Below, in pieces: positions 13,751 to 25,295 of a DNA stretch of 64,000 nucleotides. The notes under the pieces were generated by a model that saw only the letters and a program-made list of their open reading frames with translations, did not search any database and had not been told where the DNA came from. Within the stretch, counting starts at the first letter, position 1; every line of letters begins with the position of its first letter. The stretch covers positions 68,450,001-68,514,000 of the forward strand of contig CM052817.1 in the NCBI GenBank assembly GCA_028534125.1, in the 5' to 3' direction. The translations under genes were made by a program, and so were the position numbers. The DNA is from Lama glama (taxonomy: Eukaryota).

Positions 13751-16479
13751 GCTTATCTTAATATTTTGTGATATTTTTATCTTAAGATGAACATTTAGAA
13801 GCAACTTAAATGTTCTTCAATAAGAAATTGGCCAAATTATTGATACACTTGCATCTATGAAAAATATTTGTTGACATAAAAATGGCTGTAATATAACTTG
13901 CTTTTTTCATTGAATATAAAAGCTGCAAAAACGTTCATATTCATGTGCATTTGTGTGCATGTATTTACATAGGAATATAAGAAAAGTCCAGAAGTCAAAA
14001 TGTTAGTATCTCTCTTCGGGTTTAGCATTATGTTTAAATTTTCTTTATGCTCTTATAGATACATTTTCTGCAATAGGTATCCACTGCTTCTTTTATTAGA
14101 AAAAAATGAAGCTATTTGTATTTTAGGGATAAATCTCAGCAAACCATAATTATCTTAGTTCTACCTGGATGGGTTTCTCAGCTAGGCAAAAAATATTTAT
14201 ACAAATAAAACCACTTCCTCTCACTTTTTGACCATACAGGTAATAGGAAAAGTAATGGATGGTAATATTTGTAAATTGAAATTGTAAAGGCATGAACAAG
14301 TATAGAATTAAAAATAAGGAAATTAAAATTTTATCATCTATGTTTCTGGCAGGTTTGCAGCATTTATTATTTACCTAAACTGCCCCCCCAAAGCTTTAAT
14401 ATTATGATGCTTTAAACTGAAACCATGAAAATATTTCATGTAATTTTATATTTAACCAGTATTTTGGAATCAGAAGTGAAATTTTTCTTTAGTAGGTGAT
14501 TTGTTTGGAGTGGTAGATCAATTTTTCGCTTAGCTACTGTTCCCACTTTGTAATATTTCCATTTATTAAAAATGGAAGGAGTTCTTCATGGTAAAACAAC
14601 AAAAAACTTGATGGCCACAGAGTAGCTCTATAGGGGAAAAATAATTGTAGCCTCATTTATAGAATTTTAAATATCTACACAAAAGAGTCTGTTGACTCCT
14701 TCATTAGGATGCCTTGGTTTTTGTTAGGTTGTCTTGTTTGCAAGCAGCATCTGGCATAGTGATGTAAGTGTACATTCCATGGGGACTTAAGGTAATCCTT
14801 GTTTCCTTAAAACTTGCAGGTTAACTATAATGGCCTTATATCTTAGTCTTAACCAAAATACCTATGATGATTCAAAAGCTGACTTGTGGGAAGACATTTA
14901 AAAGCCATGTAAATATTTTGGCTCAAAATATCCTTTGGATTAATATGGGGAACACGGGGGCAGAAGGAATGTTAAAAAAAAATGTGTTTTTGATGAATGA
15001 AGTACATGACTCAGGGAACTATTTCTCTGTAGTTTTTGTTGTATTCTTGGAACATCATTTATTCAACAAATGGCATTAAACTCCTACCATACACTAGGAT
15101 GTAATGGGGTGGTTTGGAGGAAACTTTGGTTCTGATATCAAAGAGTTGACAGTCTTCTGGGGGAGAAACGTGTAAACCAGTGATTCTTGTGCTGAATAGG
15201 GGTTCAGGCAGTTCTGAACTCAAATTGTTACTCTGCCACTTACTGGCCGGCTGACAGACACCTTGGGTGACTTCACCTCTCAAAGCCTTAGTCTTGTTTT
15301 GCAGATGCAGAAGCTAACAAGTGTTCACTTCAAAGGCTTGTCAGCAGGGCTAAATGAGACGCTCCCCGCAGAGCACTCGCATAGAACCTGGTGCATCACA
15401 GATACACACACCATCTGACTGGTCCTTTGAAGACTCAGAGGGGACTTGGTAGAGGAGAAGTCACTTGAAGAGTAGGACATCCCAAACCTTGCCTTGTCCA
15501 GTACAGATTAAGCACAAGAAATGATGGTTTATCTTTCCAATGAAAAATAAGCAGGTTTTCTACCAAAACAGATACACGTGTTGAGCATTCCAACCACATT
15601 TTCCTTTAGCTAAGTCAGTGTTGAAACTGTGTTTTTCAGTTGGCTGCAATAAAACAGGCTGAGGGGCACAGCCTTTGTACATGAATTGAGCTTCAAAATA
15701 CAACTTGCCACTTGCCCTCTCCTGAGAAGCAGTACCGCCCACTTCACTGCTGCTCAAACTTTTTTCCCCCTTAACTGCAGTTCCTCTAACAGTTGAGGGA
15801 AGCAAGTCTGTAGCCCTAGGAATCTAAGGCATTATCAAAGTGACTTTCCCAAAGGGACAGTTTTTATTAACTTTTTGTGTTCATGTGTATGTAATAGAAA
15901 ATTGATGTATTCCTTTCATTATATTGTTATGGATTTGTTTTTATATAAAACGTTTTAAACTACTTTCAAAGCAAATGGATGCTGTCAGGGAAGATGTGAT
16001 GGGTTTCCAGAACATTTCTGCATCTTGGAGTTAGGTGTAAGAAGCACAGCCAACTTATTTTTAAAGGACTCGTTTCTCTTTAGAGATTTTTTTTTAAGTG
16101 GGGAGGGGAGAGAATAAACAGGTCTAGTGCCTCCTTTAAATCATCATCTGCCCTACTGTCTGGAGGTAGGAAATCTACCTAGAAACGTCTGCCTGCCTGG
16201 CAACTTAAGCCAACCACCCTACCAGCCAGCCAGCGCGACAGGGCAATCACAGATGCCTGAGGATCCAGAGGCAGCGATTGTGTGCACGCCTGGGTGTGTC
16301 TGATCATATGTGGCTGGTAACAGGCATAGTGTTAGGACCGCTCATCATTGTGTGTCCTTGGCAGAATCTGTATTCCCCCGAGCAAAGGGAGTGAGTGTTT
16401 TCTGTAAATATAAAACCACAGAATTTAAGACAGCCATAGATATAAGTCCTGTGTTTCTCCCTCAAAAATCTGGAATTCT

Positions 16480-17070
16480 TTACAAACGGCCGGCACAGTC
16501 TGTGGAAACAGGAGAAGGAGAAGCCGCGGCCGGCCGGCCGGCGGGGCCGGGGCCGCGGGGCTCGCCCACACAGGCCCTGCTCTTCCCCCTGCAGGTGGAC
16601 AGTATCTGACAGTCTCGGCAGCCAAGGGCCCCGCGGGGAAAGCCGCGCGCTTGGTGCTCCCTCTCGGCCACCGCCTGCACTCAGGGGACCTGTGCCTGTC
16701 GTTCAGGCACAAGGTGGCGGGGCTGCGCTCCGGCACGCTCCAGGTGTTTGTGCGGAAACACGGGGCCCACGGAGCAGCCCTGTGGGGAAGAAATGGTGGC
16801 CATGGCTGGAGGCAAACGCACATCACCTTGCGAGGGGCAGACGTCAAGAGCGTAAGTAGACCCGCCGAGGAGGCAGGACCTGGGAGGTTTCCTTTCCGAG
16901 GACGGCTCTGGGGTCGGCGTCGGAAGTCTTTGCTCTCCTTTCGTTCAGGCCCAAAGCTCGGCTCGTGCTTTTTCTGGGCGTGGGGACCCTGTGCGTTGCC
17001 TCTTTCTGTAATCCCTTTGCTCCTTCTTCCGTTCTCCATCGCAACCACGACCACCTCCGCTCTCCCCACC
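16480..17070. promoter_or_regulatory. Intragenic CpG-island-like GC-rich segment around the penultimate NPNT exon
   Basis: Dense CpG (gccgcggccggccggccggcggggccggggccgcgggg; many NCG/CGN codons) against an AT-rich, CpG-poor background. Confidence 0.6.
16595..16851 (+). CDS. NPNT: Nephronectin penultimate coding exon (257 nt), MAM domain core
   Basis: Acceptor tcttccccctgcag, donor AGC/gtaagt. Translates (G)GQYLTVSAAKGPAGKAARLVLPLGHRLHSGDLCLSFRHKVAGLRSGTLQVFVRKHGAHGAALWGRNGGHGWRQTHITLRGADVKS. Confidence 0.97.
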
Positions 17071-18204
17071 CTGGTGAAAATCCCCTCTTTTTAATGACAA
17101 ATTTTAGCGGTTGAAAAGGTGGAAAGTTAATCAGAAGAAACGTCGAAGGGCGAGGGTGGGCTTAACTACATGCTTTTCCTTAAACTGCTTATACTTCAAA
17201 CTTTGACCACCATGAGTTACCCTCAAGTGTTTTTTCTTTCTTTTCTGAAATGTTTCTTTAAACTCTTTTTTTTTTCCCCCTTTGCCTCAGAGATCATAGT
17301 TAAGCAGCCTTGGGTGGGAACCAGAACAGTATGTTTGGAAAATATTATTCTATTCAGGACAGGATGTGGGGAAAACTTTGATTGAATATATAAACTTTAT
17401 CTTAACTAAATAAGTCATAGGTAGAAGTAAAATGATCTATAACAACCCACTGAAGTAGTGAATTTTTTGGAAAAACTGTTTTTATGTCAATACTTACAAA
17501 ACTGGTATAGGTATAGGTAAAAGAAAGGTTAGACTCCATGAAGACAGCTTTTATCAGAGTCTTGGATTTTGTTTTACTGTTTTTCTCTTAAAATTTTTCT
17601 TAATATTTACATCATTTGGAGAAACAAAACATTGTTTCACAGCATAACATAGGTTTCTGTTCTCAAAGGAGCAAGGATGCTCTACAGAAGATAAAATACA
17701 AGAAAGTTTTTGCTCTTTACATAAGTGAAACAAATGGAACTGGGGTGTTTGGTTCTATTCCATTTGAGGCATCAAAGCTAAATTAAATTAACCCGGAGGA
17801 GGGACTAGAAAACCTCTAAGAGGCTGCATGATTATGATCTTTCAGATCTTTGGCTCCTAATTTCTTGCCTTTTATGCCCCATCACACTCTTCTATCCTTG
17901 GAAAATCTTTGACAGAAGTGTCCAGTTCCTAATCATTCCTAAATGGAGGCAGTCTATCATTTAGAATAGCTTTTTAAAGTGTAACTGATTTTGGGTAATG
18001 TGGTCCAGTTAACAATTTACTGATGACTAAAATTTCTACCAAAAGGCAAGCCTCAGGTGACACTGGCACCTCTGTTCTAGTCTTTCCTTCTGTTAAGTAA
18101 GTTTACTGTTCAGTTTTGGGGAAAGTTTGCGTTTGTTTTGCTAAATGAGCGGGCATTGGGAAGGGGTAGAGGAGGCTTGACTGGTGTGTGCATTCTCTCC
18201 CTAG

Positions 18205-18315
18205 GTCATCTTCAAAGGTGAAAAAAGGCGTGGTCACACGGGGGAGATTGGATTGGATGATGTGAGCTTGAAAAAAGGCCAGTGCTCTGAAGAACGCGAG
18301 CAACTCCAGAACTAG
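18205..18315 (+). CDS. NPNT: Nephronectin last exon, coding part (end of MAM domain, stop TAG at 18313-18315)
   Basis: Acceptor cattctctccctag. In frame with the previous exon (phase 0): VIFKGEKRRGHTGEIGLDDVSLKKGQCSEEREQLQN*, including the MAM IGLDDV motif. Confidence 0.96.
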   Translation, partial: VIFKGEKRRGHTGEIGLDDVSLKKGQCSEEREQLQN

Positions 18316-19679
18316 CCATGAACCCCCATGTTGCTCCCTCTTCTTTTTCCAATCTTCACCACCTGTCCTCTCCTCCCTCTTATCAGGCCTAGAAGAGTGG
18401 GTCAGGAGAAAGTCTGCTTGGTGACCCACGTCTTGCTGGCCTGCTTTTGTGCAATCCCAATGAACAGTGACACCTCCCTTGAAATACAGGGGGTATCTGT
18501 AGAAGCATCCAAAGCCATCTTTGGGTGTTACCTTGCAGCCGATGTCTCTTTTAAGAAGGCCTTCGACAAGTGTGACCTATATACCCCCTTCATCCTAGTT
18601 ACAAGGTGGTGTTCCTTGCAGCAAATTATGGGTGAAGTTTTCAAAAGAAATCTGTGCAAATGGCCATTCTGTTATCTGTTCAGTGTTGTACCACGAGTAG
18701 TACTGACTTCTGCTAAGATACGTTGTACAATGTGCTTGTGAAATTGGTTTCTCCTCTCCACTTACTAGTTGTGGTCTGGCCTGAACTCTGACTTTTACTG
18801 CCATTCATTTTATAAACGCAGGGTGTGTAACATATCAAGATGCATTTATTCTTGTTATCTGTATTTTTCTTTTTAAAGACGATTATGTAGAGTGGGCACG
18901 TAATCTCTTGTTAGTAGTATTGTGTTTTGTGTAAACGTGCTATTGATACTAAGTAGTGACGTGTTCCCAATATTTACAGACTCTAGTTGCAAGGGAAAGG
19001 CAGCTTGTGATCTCTTGAGTTAAAAAATGCACGGTGGAATGTCATTTAGTTCCATGACCTTATATTGGCAGCCAGAGAAAATTGGAAGAGGTGTCAGTCT
19101 GTGGTAGTGAGGGGATGAATTTCTTAATGGCCTTGAGTCTGATCACAGCAAAGGACAGTGACCATTCAGGTTGACAGGAAACTGCAGTTAACCCATAAAA
19201 CCGTCACAGTTTCAGGCTCCACTTTAAAACCAACAGCTTTTACCATAACAATAATGGCCCTTTCTGGTGATCTTAAGAAGCTTTATGAAAGTTCTGGTTG
19301 TTTCAGAAAAAAGGTTCTGTTTATGGAAGCAGGGTGAGGGAAAGCATGGGGGGAAGCTCTGTTGAAACATTCTCCCACTCATTTTTAAATCAGTTTAAAT
19401 TTAGGGGGGCCTAGATCATAACTTATGTGCTGCTGTGTCAGGATGGGATGGGAAGCAAGTCCCATGCTTTGAGGCACTGGATGTGTTGGAATGGGATTCA
19501 CACACACACTCAAGCAACAGAACAAGATTGGAATTCTATGATCTGTGAACCCCCAACTCTGTTTCCTCCCTGTAAATTTTACCTTTATATTGAAAATATA
19601 CATAACTTTTAAAAGGCAACTTATTCCTGAGGCTTTTCATTATTTCTGGTTAAGTAATCAAAACATTTTCTGCTGTTTT

Positions 19680-19895
19680 TGCCAGGAATCACAAAGATGA
19701 TTAAAGGGTTGGAAAAAGAGATCTATGATGAAAAATTAAAGGAACTGGGATTATTCAGCGTGGAGAAGAGAAGACTGAGGGGCAAACCATTGCTGGTTTT
19801 CAAGTATATGAAGGGTTGGTACAGAGAGGACGGTGACCAGCTGTCCTCCACATGCACTCAGAACAGAACAAGAGGAAGCAGGCTTAGGCTGGAGT
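19680..19895 (+). mobile_element. L3/CR1 LINE fragment (ORF2 C-terminal region) within the NPNT 3' UTR
   Basis: ORF 19679-19930 reads TKMIKGLEKEIYDEKLKELGLFSVEKRRLRG..VFKYMKG...RTRG, the typical CR1 ORF2 C-terminal motif (LGLFSLEKRRLRG). Confidence 0.88.
19686..19700 (+). CDS. NPNT: Putative alternative terminal coding segment of NPNT (ESQR*) from a distal splice acceptor
   Basis: Pyrimidine tract and AG (acattttctgctgtttttgccag, AG at 19684-19685), then GAA TCA CAA AGA TGA in phase 0 with the 16851 donor. I recall a human nephronectin cDNA isoform ending ...IKSESQR. Confidence 0.6.
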   Translation, partial: ESQR

Positions 19896-20944
19896 GTGAG
19901 GGGCCATTTCCTGGCGGGGACAGTTGTTAATTAGAAACCTTTGTTTAAACCAAAAAAGTGTGAATTTTTTGAGGCTTTTAAAAAATTAGATAAGTTTTTT
20001 TTTTTTTTCTATTTGAGGTGGTTAAAGATGTTCTTCCCTCAAGGCAGAGTAACAATAACAGAATCTCCCTAAAGATGTTTTAATCGTATTACTATACAGT
20101 GAAAATCTCCAGAACTAACTAACTTGAACTAGGCTAAGGTCTAATTTAGGTATTTTTTTCTTGGCCTCCTAATGGAAAGGAATCAAAAAGGGGAAAAAGC
20201 CCACCAACTGCTGAGCTCACTAAATGTCTCTCCCTTTATGTCAAACCTAGCAGCATTAAAACGAAACAAAAGTGAAAAAAAATTTTTTTTAAATCTATTT
20301 ATTCCAAAAGAGAGTCTGATGGACAGACCTTTTAGTATCTCAATCATGTTCTCATGTGGTGGTATATATTTCTTTTTTCTTACTAAAGGTATTGCCCTTT
20401 CCCTTGCTTAATGGATATTACAAATTTTTAAAGAGACCATAGCAAAGAAAGCAACTTAGAGAGATTTTTATCTGGTGCATTCTCTCTGCAAGGTGTGTGA
20501 CAACCTAACAAGGCTACTGATAGAGTGCCATGCCCAACACCACCGCCAGGACCTTTCCTTCACCTGATGGTATAAGTTTCTCTTGTCAGTTGGAACCTCC
20601 CAAGTTCCACAAAATGGTAATGTTTTGGAACAATCAGTACAGTAGAATGTCTTTCATCATTTAGCTTGGTGGAGGCAAGGCCAGAGGGGGACTATAAATC
20701 AGTAAGCCTTTGAGTCAAAGCCAGAAAATATGGCTTTAGATCCATTTTTAATGATTCATTTCCTTTTTGGTCACGTAACTATACAACTGAAGATGAAAGG
20801 GGAGAATAGAAAATTTCACTTTTAGGTGCCAATAATACATTGCACTACACTGATGGAAGAAGTTATCCAAAGTACTGTATAACATCTTGTTTATTATTTA
20901 ATGTTTTCTAAAGTGAAAAATGTTTGTGGTTTTCCAGACAGCCA

Positions 20945-21030
20945 AATAAAAATAATTCTTTGTAAATAAAAACACTGTTAATAATACCAGTTGTCTATTT
21001 CTTATTTTGAGTTTTTGGGGTTTTTTTTTT
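20945..21030 (+). terminator. Polyadenylation signal region of NPNT
   Basis: AATAAA at 20945-20950 and 20965-20970, followed by ttgtctatttcttattttgagtttttggggttttttttttt (downstream U/GU-rich element). Confidence 0.75.
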
Positions 21031-24000
21031 TAACTAGGAGAAGAATTATCAGGGTAATTTGATTTTTCATAAAAGCCATCTATAGTAGAACCTCTTTACT
21101 ACTTGGAAGATTGGGGACAAAGATATTGCCCATATTATTATGCTTTCTGGGTTATAAAATATGAGACACTTTTTGTTCACGTGCACAAGAGATTAAAGGA
21201 TCACTGTAACATAACTAAAGCAATTTGCTAAGGTATGACTTCTTGTATCTCATTTAGTTGTAAACATTTGCCTCAAACCCTTTTCGGTAAAGGCAGGATA
21301 AGCTATAAGTAAAGATATAAATATATATGAATTAGAAGCACAAAGTCTTTTTTACTAGTGCTGATAATGTTAATTTATGACATTTTACTCATAATCTTTC
21401 CTGATGGAGAAAATAACTATAAGGAAATAAAACTAACGGTATCATTCAACATCAAAAATTAGTCCTTAGTAGAGACTATGCTTAATGGCTTCTTTCTGAT
21501 ATTCAGGGAACCCTTAGTGGCTAGGAGACTCAAGTTTTGGATACATACTTTAAGCAAAAGGTAAAGAAAAACTGTAGTTTCCTTCTCTCAGAGTTGTTTC
21601 TTTATCTCAGAGATCCTTCCTAATTATCCCCAGGAGACCTGAGAAAGCTGAGGTTTTCCAGAAGTTAAACCTCTTGTGAAACTGAGGTTGGAAGTGGGAG
21701 GAAGCAGTTCAGTAAGAGGTTCCAGACTCCAGTTCATTGACTTACTTGATAGATTTTACAGCACTTACTACAGGCATGGCTCTTGGGTACAACAGTAAGC
21801 ACACTCCCCTTTGTGAGGTTTTAAACTAGAGAAGAAGGTGGCTATTTATCAAAATCATACAAATAAATGCAAAATTGCTGTTCTGACAAGTGGTATACCG
21901 TTAAGGCTCTGAAAGCATGGTGGGTTCCAGGACTTTTGGCCCACTGCTTTTCAAACTCAAATGTGCATGTGGGTGGGAATCACCTGGAGATGTTAAAATT
22001 CAGCTTCTGATTCAGCGGATCTGGAGTAGGGCTTGAGAGTCCGCATTTCTAACCAGCTCCCAGGTGGTGCCTGTGCTGTTGGTGTTGGGGCCCAATTTGT
22101 ATTACAAACCCTTAGTGATAATACACGGAGGGGACTGGGGCCTTCATCTCTGTTAACGTTCGCTGTTGGAAGGCCTAAAGGTACATGGTTGCAAGATCTA
22201 CATTCACAAATATTCACTAAGTTTTGGTGCATTTTTTCCTTAAAAAAAATTTTGGCTCAACATGCAGACTATTAATAGACAAATATTAGTTTAAAAGAAC
22301 AGAAATTCTGGTTATAATAGTAGGATTGCAAAAATGAAAAACTGACCAAGGTATTTAGCAGCAGATTTGAGCTGCCAGGAGAAAGAATCAGTGTGCTTGA
22401 AGATAGGTCAGTTGAGATTATCCAATTTGAGGAACAGAAAGATAAACTTTAAGGATAAACAACTAGACCTGCAGTCAATAAGGAAATCAAAGACTTGAAA
22501 AATCCTATAAACCAACCAGACCTAACATCTATATAACACTCCACTGAACACAAGACTATACATTTTTCTCAAATGCACAGAGATGCTGACAGACCATAAA
22601 TTAGGCCATATAACATTACCTCCAATTTAAAAGGATTGAAATTATACTAAATATGTTCTTCTACCACATTGGATGAAATTAGAAGTCAATAATGGAAATT
22701 TGAGAAATTTGTGGAAATTAAACAACAGGCTTCTAACCAATAACTGAAAGAAGAACTCCCAAGGAAATTAACAAATATTTTGAGATTAATAAAAATGAAA
22801 ACACAACAGGCCCAAACTTACGGGATACAGCTAAAGCATTGCTTATAAGGAAATTTGTATTTGTTAAGTGCCTATATTAAAAAAGAAGATCTCAAGTCAA
22901 TAATCTAAACTTCAACCTTATAAAATTAGAACAAATTAAATCACAGTAAGCAAAATCACAGCAGAAGGAATGAAATGAAGATGAGAGTAGGAAAAAATGA
23001 AATACCTATATAGAAAAAAATCAGTGAAAATAAAAGCTGGTTCTTTGGAAAGATTAACGAAATGTATGAACATTTAGCTAGACTGAAAAAGGAAGAAAGA
23101 CGGTAAGATTAGGAATGAAAGAGGGGACATCACTGACCTTACAGGAATACAAAGGATTATAAGGGAATACTATAAACAACCTAATGTCAACAAAATAAGA
23201 TGACTTAGATGACAAGGACAGAGTCTTAGATACAAGCTATTGAATCTGAATCAGGAAGAAATAGAAACCTGAATAGACCAATTGGAAGTAAATAGATTGA
23301 GCTAATAAAAACATTCCACACTCTCAAATAGCAATACTTAAAATGGTGAAGTAAAAAAGTATTTAAGAATTAATACCAAGTATTCATAAAGTTTTTAATA
23401 TTATGGAGGACGATGCACTTCCCAACTCCTTCCATGAGACCAGTAAATAGAGTTCGTTTGGAGATTACTGCTGTCTTAAGAATATTTTCATTTCATGAAC
23501 ATGGGATGCAGCAAAGACAGTGCTCAGGGACTTACAGCAGTAAATACCAGTAAATAGTGAAAAAAAAGATCTCAGGTCAGTACCCTAAATTTATGTTAAG
23601 GAACTAGAAAAACAGGTGCAAATTAAACTCAAAGCTAGTGGAAGGAAGAAAATAATAAAGATATAAATGAAGATAAATGAAATAGAGAAAAGAAAAACAA
23701 CACATAGACTCAACAAAGGGAAAAATTGGTTCTCTGAAAGGATCAACAAAATTTTAAATCTTTAGCTAGACTAACAACAAAAATAACCCAAATAACTAAA
23801 ATCAGAAATGAAAGTGGGGATGTTACCACTAAGCTTACAGAAATAAAAGGATTATAAGAGAACAGCATGAACAATTATATGCCAACAAATTAGACATTCT
23901 AGATCAAAGGACAAATTTCTACAAATTACCAAACAAACAAACAAACATACAAACCATAACCTCAAGAAGACAAAGAAAATCCCAGCAGACCTATCACAAG

Positions 24001-24207
24001 TAAAAAGAGTGAAGCAGTAATCAAACCCCCCCAAAAAGAAAACTCCAGACCACTGTCATGATGAATTCTACTGAAACTTAAAGAAGAATTAACATCAATT
24101 CTTCAAACTCTACCAAGAAATAGAGGATGAGGGAACACTTCCTCATTCTATGAAGACAATATTACTAATACCAAAGCTAGATAAAGATATCACAAGAAAA
24201 GAAAATA

Positions 24208-24430
24208 CAGTTGACCCTTAAACAACACAGATTTGAACTGTTTGGGTCCACTTATATATGGATTTGTTTTTTCAATTAGTACATACTACAGTACTGCATG
24301 ATCTGAGATTGGTTGAATCTACGGATACAGAATCACAAACATGGAATGCCAACTATCAAGTTACACTCAGATTTTCAATTTCCCTAGGGGGTCAGTAGCA
24401 TTAACCCCTGCATTGTTCAAGGGTCAACTA
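24208..24430. mobile_element. Tigger2-derived MITE (MER8-like) inserted in L1
   Basis: Terminal inverted repeats cagttgacccttaaacaa / ttgttcaagggtcaacta after a TA site. L1 ORF2 resumes directly after it. Confidence 0.8.
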
Positions 24431-24902
24431 TGCAGATCAGTATCTTTCATGAATATAGGTACAAACATCCTCAACAAAATACTGGCAAACTGAATCTAAT
24501 AGCACATTAAAAAGATTATACATCATGCAGGTCTTATGCCAGAAAGGCAAGGATTTATGTCAAGAAGGCAAAGGTGGTTCAAAACAAGAAAATCAATCAT
24601 TCAACATTTTACTGGATATTCCAGCTAAAGCAATTAGACCAGAAGAAGAAATAACATGTATTGGAAAGGAAGAAGTAAAACTATCTCTATTTGCAGATGG
24701 CATGATCCTACATATAGAAAATCCCAATGAATCCACAGAAAAGCTATTAGAGTTAGAAACCAAATTCAGCCAAGTTGCAGGCAACAAGATAAACAGTAAA
24801 AACTCAGTTTTTCTTTGCACCAGCATTGAGCAACATGAAAAGAAAACTGAGAAAATAGTTTCATTTACAGCAGCATCCAAAAGAATAACTAAGAATACAT
24901 TT

Positions 24903-25235
24903 AAGCCAGAAAGAGAAAGAGAAATACCATATGATATCACTTATATGTGGAATCTCAAAAAGAGAACACAAATGAACTTACCTACAAAACAGAAACAGAC
25001 TCACAGACAGAGAGAAAAAACTTATGGTGACCAGAGGGTAAAGGTGGTGAGAAGGGATAAATATGTAATTCGAAAATTGCACCTCTTGGGGAGTGATGGA
25101 AATGTGAGCTATCCTGATTGTTGTAGTGGTTTCATGAGGGTATATATACATCTATCAAAATTCATCAAATTGTAATATTTGAAATGTGTAGTTTACTGTA
25201 TAGGAACCATACCACAATAAAGGTGTTAAAAAAAT
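24903..25235 (+). mobile_element. Secondary L1 3'-end insertion within the older L1
   Basis: L1 3' UTR sequence (tcacttatatgtggaatct...cagactcacagac) ending in aataaaggtgttaaaaaaa. Host ORF2 resumes at ccaagaagttgaaagacttgta. Confidence 0.7.
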
Positions 25236-25295
25236 ACGTATGACCAAGAAGTTGAAAGACTTGTATATGGGAAACTAAAAACATTGCTAAAATTA

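Larger units (their letters stand above)
18316..20990 (+). other. NPNT: NPNT 3' UTR (approximate end)
   Basis: Runs from the stop codon to tandem AATAAA signals followed by a U/GU-rich tract. Distal part is AU-rich. Confidence 0.75.

Noticed and set aside
16425..17069. 214-aa antisense ORF over the NPNT exon
   Set aside because: Expected shadow ORF in GC-rich coding sequence, with no recognisable homology.
24525..25175. 216-aa ORF with reverse-transcriptase-like LFAD motif
   Set aside because: Degenerate L1 ORF2 remnant (FADG instead of FADD) running by chance into an inserted L1 3' UTR. Not a gene.
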